Shown here in pieces: positions 1 through 9,053 of a DNA stretch of 24,000 nucleotides. Below the pieces are notes generated by a model. It was not told the origin of the DNA, did not search any database, and worked only from the letters and a program-made list of their open reading frames with translations. Within the stretch, counting starts at the first letter, position 1; each line of letters opens with the position of its first letter. The stretch lies in assembly GCF_028751545.1 (NCBI RefSeq), contig NZ_CP071867.1:755306-779305 (forward strand). The letters run 5' to 3'. Origin of the DNA: Gilliamella sp. B3022. GTDB taxonomy: Bacteria > Pseudomonadota > Gammaproteobacteria > Enterobacterales > Orbaceae. The translations under genes and the position numbers were made by a program.

Positions 1-1047
1 TTGTAATACGATGTCATAGACACTATTAATATTGGTAATGTGGTAACGAATTCGATAATAGGCGGGTTTCCAATGTTGGTAAATGCGTTCAATAAGTTCA
101 CTTTTATCCTTAAAAGTAATACAGCTAATCTGCTCAAAATTATTAATCACTTCAACAGCGCTTTCCAATAAGACTGTATCTAAATGGAAATATTTATCGG
201 ATAACGTTTGGATATTTGAACTTTGCACAAGAATGGTTAAAAAAATCTGCTCATTTAAATCGGTAATACCAAATTTTTCAATCAACTTTTTCATCAGTTG
301 AAAATCACGGCTATTAGCAACTTCAGCATAATTTTTTGGTAAATATTCAATTTTTTTATTCGATTCAATGCGCCTTAACATAAAACAAATAAAATAGGTC
401 AGTTCTTGTAACTGCTCATCGGTAAAAATAATTTTTAATTTTTTCTCTATTTCACTAAATACTTGTCCTACTTGTTCTAATCCGCCTTGGGTAATAATAT
501 CATTTTGTTTAAAAATTTTATCTGCGATAGGCATACTGATAATTCTATGAATTAATTCCAGCAACAAATAACGCTTGTCAATTTCGTTACCGACAATTCT
601 GTAACCATTTTCACGGTCGTAACTTATTTGAAGATGATATTGCACCATCATTATTTGTACTTTTTTTATGTCATTAATAACGGTATTTTGACTAACAGTA
701 AGAGCGGAAGATAAATGTATCAAGGACAATCTTTCGGTTCGAGTTAATAAAAAGAACAAAAGCAAATGGACACGCTCATCTTCCGAATATATATAACGTC
801 CGATAGTTTTGGAAACAGGTTCATCTCTAAATGTTTCAATGACATGTTTTGGTACACTAAATTTTCCTGTTTTAAAACGTTTAATTAATTCAAGATTAGA
901 AGACTCAAGAAAATCATTAATTTTCTTAAAGGTATAACTAAGCTGTTTGCGTGTTAACCCAAATTCAGCTTGAAGTTCTACACCACTGATACTTGGATTT
1001 TGAATCAAGGCATTTAGGACAGTATGAATTCTCTTATCAACAACCAT
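1..1047 (-). CDS. PRD-domain PTS-operon transcriptional regulator (MtlR/LicR/BglG family, N-terminal HTH); N-terminal part only, runs off the left edge
   Basis: Absent from the ORF track because it is edge-truncated. Translating the minus strand from ATG at 1047 gives MVVDKRIHTVLNALIQNPSISGVELQAEFGLTRKQLSYTFKKINDFLE... I checked the first ~100 and last ~100 of the 349 codons triplet by triplet and found no stop; the middle I translated only once, also without meeting a stop. An HTH-like N-terminus is followed by PRD-like helices (..ERIYQHWKPAYYRIRYH..). It lies directly downstream of, and co-oriented with, the EIIA-EIIB-EIIC genes. Confidence 0.75.
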   Translation of the reverse strand, partial: MVVDKRIHTVLNALIQNPSISGVELQAEFGLTRKQLSYTFKKINDFLESSNLELIKRFKTGKFSVPKHVIETFRDEPVSKTIGRYIYSEDERVHLLLFFLLTRTERLSLIHLSSALTVSQNTVINDIKKVQIMMVQYHLQISYDRENGYRIVGNEIDKRYLLLELIHRIISMPIADKIFKQNDIITQGGLEQVGQVFSEIEKKLKIIFTDEQLQELTYFICFMLRRIESNKKIEYLPKNYAEVANSRDFQLMKKLIEKFGITDLNEQIFLTILVQSSNIQTLSDKYFHLDTVLLESAVEVINNFEQISCITFKDKSELIERIYQHWKPAYYRIRYHITNINSVYDIVLQ

Positions 1048-1136
1048 ATCACAATTACCTTTTGTTCGTTGTCTGATGATCATTACCATCAGAGAGACCA
1101 AAAACTATTTCCAACGAAAGCTTAAATACTCATTTA

Positions 1137-2516
1137 TCAATTATTTTTAGCTAAATCTTGTAGTGTTTCCCTGCGCAGCTCACGGGAATAAAAGAAATAC
1201 CCGACACACCAATAGACAGCAAAAATTAAGGGTATAAAATAACCTTGCAAACATTGCCAAATAAAAGAAAACGCATAGGTAAAAATCGGTGCATCAATAG
1301 AGCTGTTTGAAATCAATTGATTGGCTGGAATATCAATTGCTTTTGTTGATAATCCTAAATCTGTAATAATAGGCGCAAATTGGGTACCAACAAATAAAAA
1401 AAATGGCACACCTATAATTGCTAAAATCACCATTCTTAAAGTATTACCTTTAGTCAAAATATAAGCTGGAACAATAAGAGCAATGTTAATAATGCCAGCA
1501 AATGGTAGAATTTTATTGCCCGGTAAAATAACTGCCCAAATTAAAGTAACCGGAATAGCAACAATTACACTAAACCAAATCTCACTAGCCCCGCCCATAA
1601 ATGGCCAGTCCAAACCTACGAACAATTTCCGTCCAGAAAAACGCTTATTCATATAATCACTAATTGCTTCAGAAATTGGCGAGAGCGCTTGCATAAATAA
1701 TTTAGAAATCATTGGAAATAACATCAATGCAGTAGCGGCTTGCACTCCTAACATTAAGATGGCTGCTACATCATAACCAGCAATAATTCCAAAGGTCACG
1801 CCTAATAAAAAACCAATAACATGATTTTCAGCAAAAATACCAATTTTGGCACGTAATGTTGCTGCATCCATCGGTTTATTTAAAATAGGGATTTTGCGAA
1901 GTAGCAGATCAAAAGGATAATAAATCGCACAGAAAAATAACATTCGATGGGTACACGTCACCCCAGGAATACCAGTTAATTTTTCAATACGATGTTGATT
2001 TATATCACCAGAATTGAGTTCCAATATGATTTGGAGTATGGCAATAATAAAAGCAAGAATTAATGCCACAAGAGGACCTAAAATAGGTGTAGCTACTGCG
2101 ACAACAATAAATGCAGTAAAGATTTTGCCCCATACATTCCATAAATCAGCGTTAAATGTATCGGTCTTTCTTAAGACCAGCATTAAAATATTGACGCCCA
2201 CTTGTAAAGGAAACATAAGAAAAGCATACGGCCAAGCCCAAGATACGTTTGCCATAGTCGTCCAACCGCCATCAACAATACTAAGCTCAATGCCTGTACG
2301 TTCCATCATTGTTTGTGCAGCTGAGCCAATGGCACCAACCATAAAACCAATCAACATACTCATACCCACAAATGCAACACCTAGCGTAATAGCGGCTGAT
2401 GCGTCTTCTCTAAATTTCATTCGTACAATTAAGCCAGCAATAAGCATAATGAAAGGTACAAAGACTGGAGCACCTAAATTTAAAATATAATTTATCATTG
2501 TTGCAAGAAAGTCCAT
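1137..2516 (-). CDS. PTS galactitol-family EIIC permease (GatC family), substrate unknown
   Basis: 459-aa polytopic membrane protein, MDFLATMINYILNLGAPVFVPFIML.., collinear with E. coli GatC as I recall it. The AGGAG Shine-Dalgarno 7 nt upstream overlaps the TAG stop of the EIIB gene (TAGGAGtgcattATG). Confidence 0.9.
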   Translation of the reverse strand: MDFLATMINYILNLGAPVFVPFIMLIAGLIVRMKFREDASAAITLGVAFVGMSMLIGFMVGAIGSAAQTMMERTGIELSIVDGGWTTMANVSWAWPYAFLMFPLQVGVNILMLVLRKTDTFNADLWNVWGKIFTAFIVVAVATPILGPLVALILAFIIAILQIILELNSGDINQHRIEKLTGIPGVTCTHRMLFFCAIYYPFDLLLRKIPILNKPMDAATLRAKIGIFAENHVIGFLLGVTFGIIAGYDVAAILMLGVQAATALMLFPMISKLFMQALSPISEAISDYMNKRFSGRKLFVGLDWPFMGGASEIWFSVIVAIPVTLIWAVILPGNKILPFAGIINIALIVPAYILTKGNTLRMVILAIIGVPFFLFVGTQFAPIITDLGLSTKAIDIPANQLISNSSIDAPIFTYAFSFIWQCLQGYFIPLIFAVYWCVGYFFYSRELRRETLQDLAKNN

Positions 2517-2525
2517 AATGCACTC

Positions 2526-2804
2526 CTATTTACAGGCATCGATAATTTTTTGTAACTCAGCTTCCATATTTATTCCCGTTAAAAATGCAATGCCATTAAT
2601 TACTGGGATAGGATATTGTTTTTCAATTTTGGTTATCGCTATGTATGCCGCGCTATTTTTGATGTGAGCATCAACCGATTTTAGATCGACAACTTCGACC
2701 TTTATGTCATCAAGATTTCGTTCTTTTAATAAACGTGTAACTTTACTTGCAACAGTTTGAGATGTAGCAACTCCACTGCCACATGCAACAATAACTTTTT
2801 TCAT
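2526..2804 (-). CDS. PTS EIIB component (galactitol/lactose-type PTS_IIB fold)
   Basis: 92 aa starting MKKVIVACGSGVATSQ, with the phospho-Cys in the typical N-terminal xxACGxGxATS motif. AAGGAGG SD upstream. Tightly packed between EIIA and EIIC. Confidence 0.9.
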   Translation of the reverse strand: MKKVIVACGSGVATSQTVASKVTRLLKERNLDDIKVEVVDLKSVDAHIKNSAAYIAITKIEKQYPIPVINGIAFLTGINMEAELQKIIDACK

Positions 2805-2813
2805 ATTGCCTCC

Positions 2814-3305
2814 TTATAGATTAATATTCGACGTTAGTAATGTAAAAACTTCATGTTTGTTTTTTGCATGAAAAAGCGACTCTAAAAAACCTGAATTGAC
2901 AAAGTGGGACATTAATTTTTGTAACAAATCAATATGTCCATTTTTTTCATTAAATCCAAGTAAAAAAACAAAATTAGCATTTAAAACATGGTCGTTATTT
3001 GCCATTTCACACCATGGAATGGTTCCTTTGAGTCGAGTAAAAAAGATAAATGGCTTAATCACATGTTCAATGTCAGTATGAGGCATAGCAACGATATAAG
3101 GTTCAGTAGGTAAAGCGGTTGGGAATGAAGATTCTCTTTTTTTAATTGCCTCTAAGAAGGAGTGAGTAACATACTTTTTCTTTTTTAAGACAGAAAATGT
3201 GAATTCAAAAAATTGATTTGTATTTTGGAAGTCTTTATCTAAAAGAATCAAATCTTCAAAAAAAATTTGGTCGCTAGATTCATTCCCCATTTCATCCTCC
3301 ATCAT
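2814..3305 (-). CDS. PTS EIIA component (mannitol/fructose-type EIIA_2 domain)
   Basis: 163-aa ORF with a ..PYIVAMPHTDIEHV.. active-site His context typical of EIIA_2 (GatA/MtlA-C-like). The start is uncertain: the third Met (ATG at 3290) is preceded by GGAGGAtgaa, so the true start may be 3290 rather than 3305. Confidence 0.85.
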   Translation of the reverse strand: MMEDEMGNESSDQIFFEDLILLDKDFQNTNQFFEFTFSVLKKKKYVTHSFLEAIKKRESSFPTALPTEPYIVAMPHTDIEHVIKPFIFFTRLKGTIPWCEMANNDHVLNANFVFLLGFNEKNGHIDLLQKLMSHFVNSGFLESLFHAKNKHEVFTLLTSNINL

Positions 3306-3541
3306 TCTGTGATCATCAAATTTTAAAATACTGATTGTTGGCTATTGCTTGAATTAAATAAGTACTGTTTAGATGTGATTGATTTTAGGAAATAAAAATA
3401 AAAGACACGAATGGATTTGATACCAAAAAGTCGCCATGATATTGCACATCATAGGGAGCGTTATAACTTCAGTGATAATAATTTTACCAAGCGAGTAAAA
3501 GATATTTCTGAAGGAAGAATAGAATATAAATCGGTTGACTT

Positions 3542-3562
3542 CCGTCTGCTTTTTACAGACGG
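3542..3562 (-). terminator. Hairpin downstream of the DUF711 gene (possible terminator, no clear U-tract)
   Basis: CCGTCTG-cttttta-CAGACGG is a perfect 7-bp stem, 36 nt past the stop at 3598. No strong T-run follows on the minus strand, so function is uncertain. Confidence 0.3.
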
Positions 3563-3597
3563 TGTATAATATAAACAACCAATTTATTAAAAATGAA

Positions 3598-4953
3598 TTA
3601 ATTTTTAAATGAATGAATTGGAGCCGGAATTCGTCCACCACGATGGATAAAATCACTAGAGGAATATTTATTGACTGACATCACAGGTGCATGCCCAAGT
3701 AACCCACCGAATTCAATATTATCTCCGACTTTTAGACCAACCGCTGGAATAATTCGCACCGCGGTAGTTTTGTGATTAATAACACCAATAGCAGCTTCAT
3801 CAGCGATAATTGCCGAAATGGTTTCAGCTGGAGTATCACCAGGAATGGCTATCATATCAAGCCCTACTGAGCAAACACACGTCATAGCCTCAAGTTTTTC
3901 CAAATTTAATGCGCCATTATTTACTGCATCAATCATCCCCGCATCTTCCGATACAGGAATGAAGGCGCCACTTAAGCCCCCCACATGCCCACATGCCATT
4001 ACACCACCTTTTTTAACTGCATCATTTAGCATAGCCAGTGCTGCAATTGTTCCATGAGTGCCAACAGCTTCTAATCCCATTTCCTCTAAAATATGGGCAA
4101 CAGAATCACCAATAGCAGGAGTTGGCGCTAAAGATAAATCAACAATACCAAATTTTACGCCTAAACGCTCTGATGCTTCTTTACCAACAAGCTGTCCCAT
4201 TCGAGTAATTTTAAATGCGGTTTTTTTGATCGTTTCAGCAACAACATCAAACGGCTCACCTTTCACTTTTTCAAGCGCTCGTTTAACGACACCAGGACCA
4301 CTGACCCCCACATTAATGACACAATCGGCTTCACCGACACCATGAAATGCCCCAGCCATAAAAGGATTGTCTTCAACCGCATTAGCAAATACCACTAATT
4401 TAGCACATGCCATACTGCTATTATCGGCTGTTAATGCCGCAGCTTCTTTAATGATCTGCCCCATTAATTTTACAGCATTCATGTTGATGCCTGTTTGCGT
4501 AGAGCCGATATTAACTGATGAACAGACTCTTTCTGTTTGTGCTAATGCTTGAGGAATTGATTTAATTAGAATTTCATCACCTTTATGGCATCCTTTTTGT
4601 ACCAACGCTGAAAAACCACCAATAAAGTTAACCCCCACAGCTTTAGCTGCTGCATCAAGCGTTTTAGCAAATTCAACATAATCTTTATCGTCACTCGCTC
4701 CAGCAATTAACGAAATAGGGGTAACTGAAATGCGTTTATTAATAATTGGAATGCCAAATTCTGAAGTAATTTCATCCCCAACTTTAACCAGATTTTTAGC
4801 TAATCGCGTAATTTTTTTATAGATTTTTTGACGTGCTTTTTCACCATCACTGTCAATACAATCCAGAAGTGAAATACCCATGGTAATTGTACGAATATCG
4901 AGTTTTTCTTCCTCAATCATTTTAATCGTTTCGAGGATTTGTTTGGTTTCCAT
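3598..4953 (-). CDS. UPF0210 / DUF711 family protein (annotated in databases as PFL family protein); function unknown
   Basis: 451 aa. The N-terminus [32 protein letters not shown] matches the conserved UPF0210 N-terminus I recall from Firmicutes proteins. It lies immediately downstream of its usual ACT-domain partner gene. AAGGAT SD upstream. Confidence 0.85.
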   Translation of the reverse strand: METKQILETIKMIEEEKLDIRTITMGISLLDCIDSDGEKARQKIYKKITRLAKNLVKVGDEITSEFGIPIINKRISVTPISLIAGASDDKDYVEFAKTLDAAAKAVGVNFIGGFSALVQKGCHKGDEILIKSIPQALAQTERVCSSVNIGSTQTGINMNAVKLMGQIIKEAAALTADNSSMACAKLVVFANAVEDNPFMAGAFHGVGEADCVINVGVSGPGVVKRALEKVKGEPFDVVAETIKKTAFKITRMGQLVGKEASERLGVKFGIVDLSLAPTPAIGDSVAHILEEMGLEAVGTHGTIAALAMLNDAVKKGGVMACGHVGGLSGAFIPVSEDAGMIDAVNNGALNLEKLEAMTCVCSVGLDMIAIPGDTPAETISAIIADEAAIGVINHKTTAVRIIPAVGLKVGDNIEFGGLLGHAPVMSVNKYSSSDFIHRGGRIPAPIHSFKN

Positions 4954-4987
4954 AAGTATTATCCTTTAATAAAGTACAAAATTTAAA

Positions 4988-5257
4988 TTATAAATGATGC
5001 ATTGCATCAAAAATTTCTTCCCGTTGAATATTCACTTTTACTTTTAGATTGTCGCCCGTTTGAGTCAATGCAGTCTTCACATCATCAAATGACATATCAA
5101 TTTTCGATAAATCCAATAACATAATCATGGTAAAATATTCACCCATAATCGTTTGACTTACATCTAAAATGTTAATATTTAACTCATATAACTTCTGACT
5201 GATACCTGCAATAATCCCCGTTCGATCTTTACCGATTACCGTTAAAATAGTTTTCAT
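4988..5257 (-). CDS. ACT domain-containing protein (UPF0237 family)
   Basis: MKTILTVIGKDRTGIIAGISQKLYELNINILDVSQT.. is a classic ACT beta-alpha-beta N-terminus. I moved the start from 5272 (ORF track) to ATG 5257 because GGGAG lies 4 nt upstream (tgcGGGAGtgttATG). Confidence 0.85.
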   Translation of the reverse strand: MKTILTVIGKDRTGIIAGISQKLYELNINILDVSQTIMGEYFTMIMLLDLSKIDMSFDDVKTALTQTGDNLKVKVNIQREEIFDAMHHL

Positions 5258-5305
5258 AACACTCCCGCACAAATTTTACACAATCAAAAGACATTTCCTA
5301 AGCTA

Positions 5306-5334
5306 ATTATAATAACATCTTCAAAAATTATCGA
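5306..5334 (-). promoter_or_regulatory. Candidate sigma70 promoter for the ACT/DUF711 pair
   Basis: Read on the minus strand: TCGATA (5334-5329), a 17-nt spacer, then TATAAT (5311-5306), about 50 nt upstream of the ATG at 5257. Sequence pattern only. Confidence 0.35.
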
Positions 5335-5402
5335 AATAGGAGTAGATTATTTTTTTAATTAAAAAATAAAAAATTATCACAATAAATAGAAAGGGCAGAA
5401 TT

Positions 5403-6617
5403 ATGGTAAATTTCCAAAAATCCAATAAATTGGATCATGTTTGTTATGACATACGTGGACCAATTCTTGAACATGCAAAGCGTCTCGAAGAAGAAGGTCA
5501 AACGATTCTTAAACTCAATATTGGAAATCCCGCCCCGTTTGGTTTTACCGCTCCAGATGAATTATTAGTTGATGTCATTCGCAATCTCCCCACTTCACAA
5601 GGATATTGTGATTCAAAAGGTCTCTATTCTGCTCGCAAAGCAATTATGCAACATTATCAATCGAGAGGAATTACAGATTTAGATGTTGAAGATATCTACA
5701 TAGGAAATGGTGTTTCAGAATTAATCGTACAGTCAATGCAAGCACTACTCAATAATGGGGATGAAATTTTGGTTCCAATGCCTGATTATCCATTATGGAC
5801 AGCCGCAATTAGTCTATCTGGAGGGAATGCAGTCCATTATCTCTGTGATGAAGAGTCCAATTGGTCACCCGATTTAGAAGACATTAAGCACAAAATTACT
5901 TCCAAAACAAAAGGAATTGTGATTATTAATCCCAACAATCCAACGGGTGCGGTTTACAGTAAGGAAGTGTTACTTGAGATTGCTGAAATTGCTCGACAAA
6001 ATAATTTAATTATTTTCGCTGACGAAATTTACGATAAAATTTTATATGATGATGCTGTTCATCATTCAATTGCAGCCTTGGCTCCCGATCTTTTTGTCAT
6101 AACCATGAGTGGTTTATCAAAGACGTATCGAACAGCAGGATTTCGACAAGGGTGGATGGCTCTTTGTGGACCAAAACAGCACGTAAAAGGCTATATTGAA
6201 GGTTTAAATATGCTGGCGTCAATGCGTTTATGTGCAAATGTGCCACTGCAACATGCCATTCAAGCTGCTTTAGGAGGATACCAAAGTATTAATGAGTTTA
6301 TTGTTCCCGGAGGGCGACTCTACGATCAATGTATGTTGGCATGGCGATTACTCAATGATATCCCTGGCGTATCATGTACTAAACCACAAGGTGCTTTGTA
6401 TTTGTTCCCAAAACTTGATCAGAAAAAATTCAATATTCATAACGATCAAAAATTAGTCTTAGATTTTTTACTACAACAAAAAGTATTACTGGTACAAGGC
6501 ACTGGATTTAACTGGCATCAACCTGATCATGTTAGGATTGTCGCCTTACCTCATATTGGTGAACTTGAAGATGCTATTGAAAGATTCGCTAAATTCTTAT
6601 CTTCCTATAAACAATAA
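5403..6617 (+). CDS. alaA: Glutamate-pyruvate (alanine) aminotransferase AlaA, PLP-dependent class I aminotransferase
   Basis: 404 aa, collinear with E. coli AlaA/YfbQ: SNKLDHVCYDIRGPILEHAKRLEEEGQTILKLNIGNPAPFGF, ..IIFADEIYDKILYDD.., and ..SGLSKTYRTAGFRQGW containing the PLP-Lys motif. Confidence 0.95.
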   Translation: MVNFQKSNKLDHVCYDIRGPILEHAKRLEEEGQTILKLNIGNPAPFGFTAPDELLVDVIRNLPTSQGYCDSKGLYSARKAIMQHYQSRGITDLDVEDIYIGNGVSELIVQSMQALLNNGDEILVPMPDYPLWTAAISLSGGNAVHYLCDEESNWSPDLEDIKHKITSKTKGIVIINPNNPTGAVYSKEVLLEIAEIARQNNLIIFADEIYDKILYDDAVHHSIAALAPDLFVITMSGLSKTYRTAGFRQGWMALCGPKQHVKGYIEGLNMLASMRLCANVPLQHAIQAALGGYQSINEFIVPGGRLYDQCMLAWRLLNDIPGVSCTKPQGALYLFPKLDQKKFNIHNDQKLVLDFLLQQKVLLVQGTGFNWHQPDHVRIVALPHIGELEDAIERFAKFLSSYKQ

Positions 6618-6620
6618 AAT

Positions 6621-6642
6621 AACCCCAGTCACCGCTGGGGTT
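6621..6642 (+). terminator. Hairpin directly after the alaA stop
   Basis: AACCCCAG-tcaccg-CTGGGGTT is a perfect 8-bp GC-rich stem starting 4 nt after the TAA. The downstream T-tract on the plus strand is weak, while the minus-strand reading is followed by AUUUUAUU. Confidence 0.4.
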
Positions 6643-6932
6643 AGGATATCAAAATATTAAATTGGGTAATAAACCACATTAATTCTGTCAAGTGCTTTTC
6701 AATTTGTTTGATATTTAACCTTAATACTGTGAGTGACTGTTTATAAATAAGATCTACTTTTCTCATTGAGTAAGACTGATTATTTCCACTACATTGCTTT
6801 TCAACATCTCATCGTAACTATACTCAATATTAGAAAAGAACCGAACATTACTTAATAGGTCAGGAGAAGAAAAATAAGATCACTGACGATGGTTTTTATC
6901 AATATAGAAAAATAATTGCATAAAAGTTAGAT

Positions 6933-6957
6933 AAAAAACGCCATAAATGGCGCTTTT
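6933..6957 (-). terminator. Rho-independent terminator of the ycaL-like gene
   Basis: On the minus-strand RNA, GCGCCAuuuaUGGCG is followed by UUUUUU. It lies 20 nt downstream of the stop at 6973. Confidence 0.6.
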
Positions 6958-6972
6958 AAAAATAAAGGAGTT

Positions 6973-7728
6973 TTATTTTTTTATTTGGGCAATTTTTTTG
7001 CGGATATTTGCTGCACGGGATTTAGAAGATGGATGACTGCTTAATATTGAAGAATCTCCGCCACCTAATTTATCAAATGCAGTTGCAAGTCCTGATGGAT
7101 TAATTTTTTTCTTAACTAAGTAATCAAATGCGTAATTATCAGCTTCTTGTTCTTGTTTTTGTGAGAATTGAGAATTAATTACTGTAGATGCTAAAGCACC
7201 TAATTTAGATTTAGAGATTGAAGAAACTGCTGCATTACCAGATGCAGATGCGGCATCTTGAGCAATTTCGGTTGCATAAGCAATTTGCATGGCTTTTTTA
7301 CTATGACCTAAAGCAACATGACCTAATTCATGTCCTAAAACACCTTGAATTTCATTATCTGTCATTAAGTCCATCAAACCACTATAGACACGCACACAAC
7401 CGTTCGCCATTGCCCAAGCATTAACGTCTTTAGTAATATATACTTTATAGTTAATAGGCGTACCATCAACTTTGTTACCCAAAGCTTTAACGATTTTCTT
7501 TAATCTTTTAGAGTAAGCGCTGTTTGCAGAAGCAACTTTTGACGTAGCATCCATTTGTGCACAAGAATCTTTACTTAATTGTTTAACATCAGCATCACTT
7601 AATGTTGCAGCTTTCAGACCTTTCATGCCAAGGTTAGCTAAATCATCTGGGTTCATATTACAACCAGTGAGAGACATGGTTGCAACTAGTGGTAAGGCAA
7701 CTAATAATGTTTTTTGATGTTTTTTCAT
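6973..7728 (-). CDS. ycaL: M48-family zinc metallopeptidase lipoprotein, YcaL-like
   Basis: 251 aa. Signal peptide plus lipobox LTGC, with Asn at +2. NYKVYITKDVNAWAMANGCVRVYSGLMDLMTDNEIQGVLGHELGHVALGH contains HExxH and is nearly collinear with E. coli YcaL as I recall it. AAGGAA SD upstream. Confidence 0.9.
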   Translation of the reverse strand: MKKHQKTLLVALPLVATMSLTGCNMNPDDLANLGMKGLKAATLSDADVKQLSKDSCAQMDATSKVASANSAYSKRLKKIVKALGNKVDGTPINYKVYITKDVNAWAMANGCVRVYSGLMDLMTDNEIQGVLGHELGHVALGHSKKAMQIAYATEIAQDAASASGNAAVSSISKSKLGALASTVINSQFSQKQEQEADNYAFDYLVKKKINPSGLATAFDKLGGGDSSILSSHPSSKSRAANIRKKIAQIKK

Positions 7729-7920
7729 AATATTTTCCTTATTTCAATAATTATTTATATCCATCTAAACTAAAGATAAGTTAAGTTAGACGAAGAAATT
7801 TTAAACTAACTTTATTAATAATCAATAAATAATTGCTTGTTTTAACACTTGAAAAATATTTACTTGATTACTCAGTATATGAGATTTAGACTAATCATCC
7901 ATTTTTTAAGGTATAAACTT

Positions 7921-8958
7921 ATGCAACTATCTGATTTCGATTTTACACTTCCTAAAGAACTCATTGCCAAATATCCATCAGAAACTCGAAGTGCATGCCG
8001 ACTTTTATCGCTTGATGGAAAGACAGGTAAGATTAGCCATGGCATTTTTACTGACATTATAGACAGAATTAATCCCGGCGATTTACTTATTTTTAATAAC
8101 ACACGAGTCATACCAGCACGTGTTTTTGGGAAAAAAATATCTGGCGGTAAAATTGAAATACTCATTGAACGATTATTAGATGGAAATCGTGCACTTGCAC
8201 ATATAAAAGCGTCAAAATCACCTAAAGAGGGAATGGAATTAATCTTAGGAGAAAACTCAACTGTTACTGTAACTATGGTAACTCGTCATGATAGTCTTTT
8301 TGAACTACAATTTCCGGACGACGTACTTACCATTTTGAATCAAATTGGACATATCCCTTTACCTCCTTATATTGATAGACCTGACGATGACCAAGATCGT
8401 GAAGTTTACCAAACAGTCTACAATAAAGTACCTGGAGCAGTTGCAGCGCCTACGGCTGGACTTCATTTTGATGAAAGTTTATTAGAAAAACTGAATCAAA
8501 AAGGGGTTGAAATGGCTTTTGTCACTTTACATGTTGGTGCAGGAACATTTCAACCGGTAAGAGTTGAAAATATCGAAACGCACATTATGCACGCAGAATA
8601 CGCGGAGGTTTCCGAAGAAGTTGTCAAAGCGGTATTAGCCTGCAAAGCCAGAGGTAATAAAGTTATCGCTGTGGGTACCACTTCGGTTAGAGCACTTGAA
8701 AGCGCCGCACAAAAAACCGGAGAAATTGCTCCTTTTTTTGCTGATACACAGATATTTATTTATCCTGGTTACCACTTTAATGTCATTGATTCACTGATCA
8801 CAAATTTTCATCTGCCTGAATCAACATTAATTATGCTTGTATCAGCATTTGCAGGATATGAAAACACAATGAATGCTTATCAGGAAGCTGTCAAGCAACA
8901 GTATCGATTCTTTAGTTATGGTGATGCTATGTTTATCACCAAACAATCTAATGAATAA
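7921..8958 (+). CDS. queA: S-adenosylmethionine:tRNA ribosyltransferase-isomerase (queuosine biosynthesis)
   Basis: [33 protein letters not shown].. aligns from residue 1 with E. coli QueA (MRVTDFSFELPESLIAHYP..). I therefore use ATG 7921 rather than the TTG at 7849 in the ORF track. The C-terminal [12 protein letters not shown] motif is conserved. Confidence 0.95.
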   Translation: MQLSDFDFTLPKELIAKYPSETRSACRLLSLDGKTGKISHGIFTDIIDRINPGDLLIFNNTRVIPARVFGKKISGGKIEILIERLLDGNRALAHIKASKSPKEGMELILGENSTVTVTMVTRHDSLFELQFPDDVLTILNQIGHIPLPPYIDRPDDDQDREVYQTVYNKVPGAVAAPTAGLHFDESLLEKLNQKGVEMAFVTLHVGAGTFQPVRVENIETHIMHAEYAEVSEEVVKAVLACKARGNKVIAVGTTSVRALESAAQKTGEIAPFFADTQIFIYPGYHFNVIDSLITNFHLPESTLIMLVSAFAGYENTMNAYQEAVKQQYRFFSYGDAMFITKQSNE

Positions 8959-9053
8959 TTCTATAATCTTATCGATATTTAATGAAAAGTTGCTTAATCA
9001 AGCGGATAGGTCAAATTTGATTGGTAACTTTTCCAATAAATCAATTTTACTAT

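Noticed and set aside
3421-3438. Sigma54-like element on the minus strand (TGGCGACTTTTTGGTA) upstream of the gat-like PTS operon.
   Set aside because: The spacing resembles -24/-12, but the -12 element reads GG instead of the required GC. The linked regulator is of the PRD/HTH type, not a LevR-like sigma54 activator.
3535-3570. TTGACT ... TATAAT pair on the plus strand that looks like a strong promoter.
   Set aside because: The spacer is 24 nt, far outside the 16-18 nt range, and the element would fire antisense into the DUF711 gene. The TATAAT is probably just AT-rich sequence beside the hairpin.
3369-3656. 95-aa minus-strand ORF overlapping the 3' end of the DUF711 gene and extending into the PTS promoter region.
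   Set aside because: It overlaps the DUF711 coding end out of frame, and its translation is Ile/Phe/Leu-rich as expected from AT-rich non-coding DNA. It has no SD, and it contains the hairpin at 3542-3562 that looks like the DUF711 terminator.
7849-7920. N-terminal extensions proposed by the ORF track for queA (7849), ACT (5272), EIIA (12593), permease (17125), MFS (20171), lacD (20335) and grxB (22217).
   Set aside because: Alignment to remembered orthologs begins at the downstream Met in each case. That Met is also the one preceded by a good SD (for example GGAGGA before 12644 and AGAAGGAGG before 22196).
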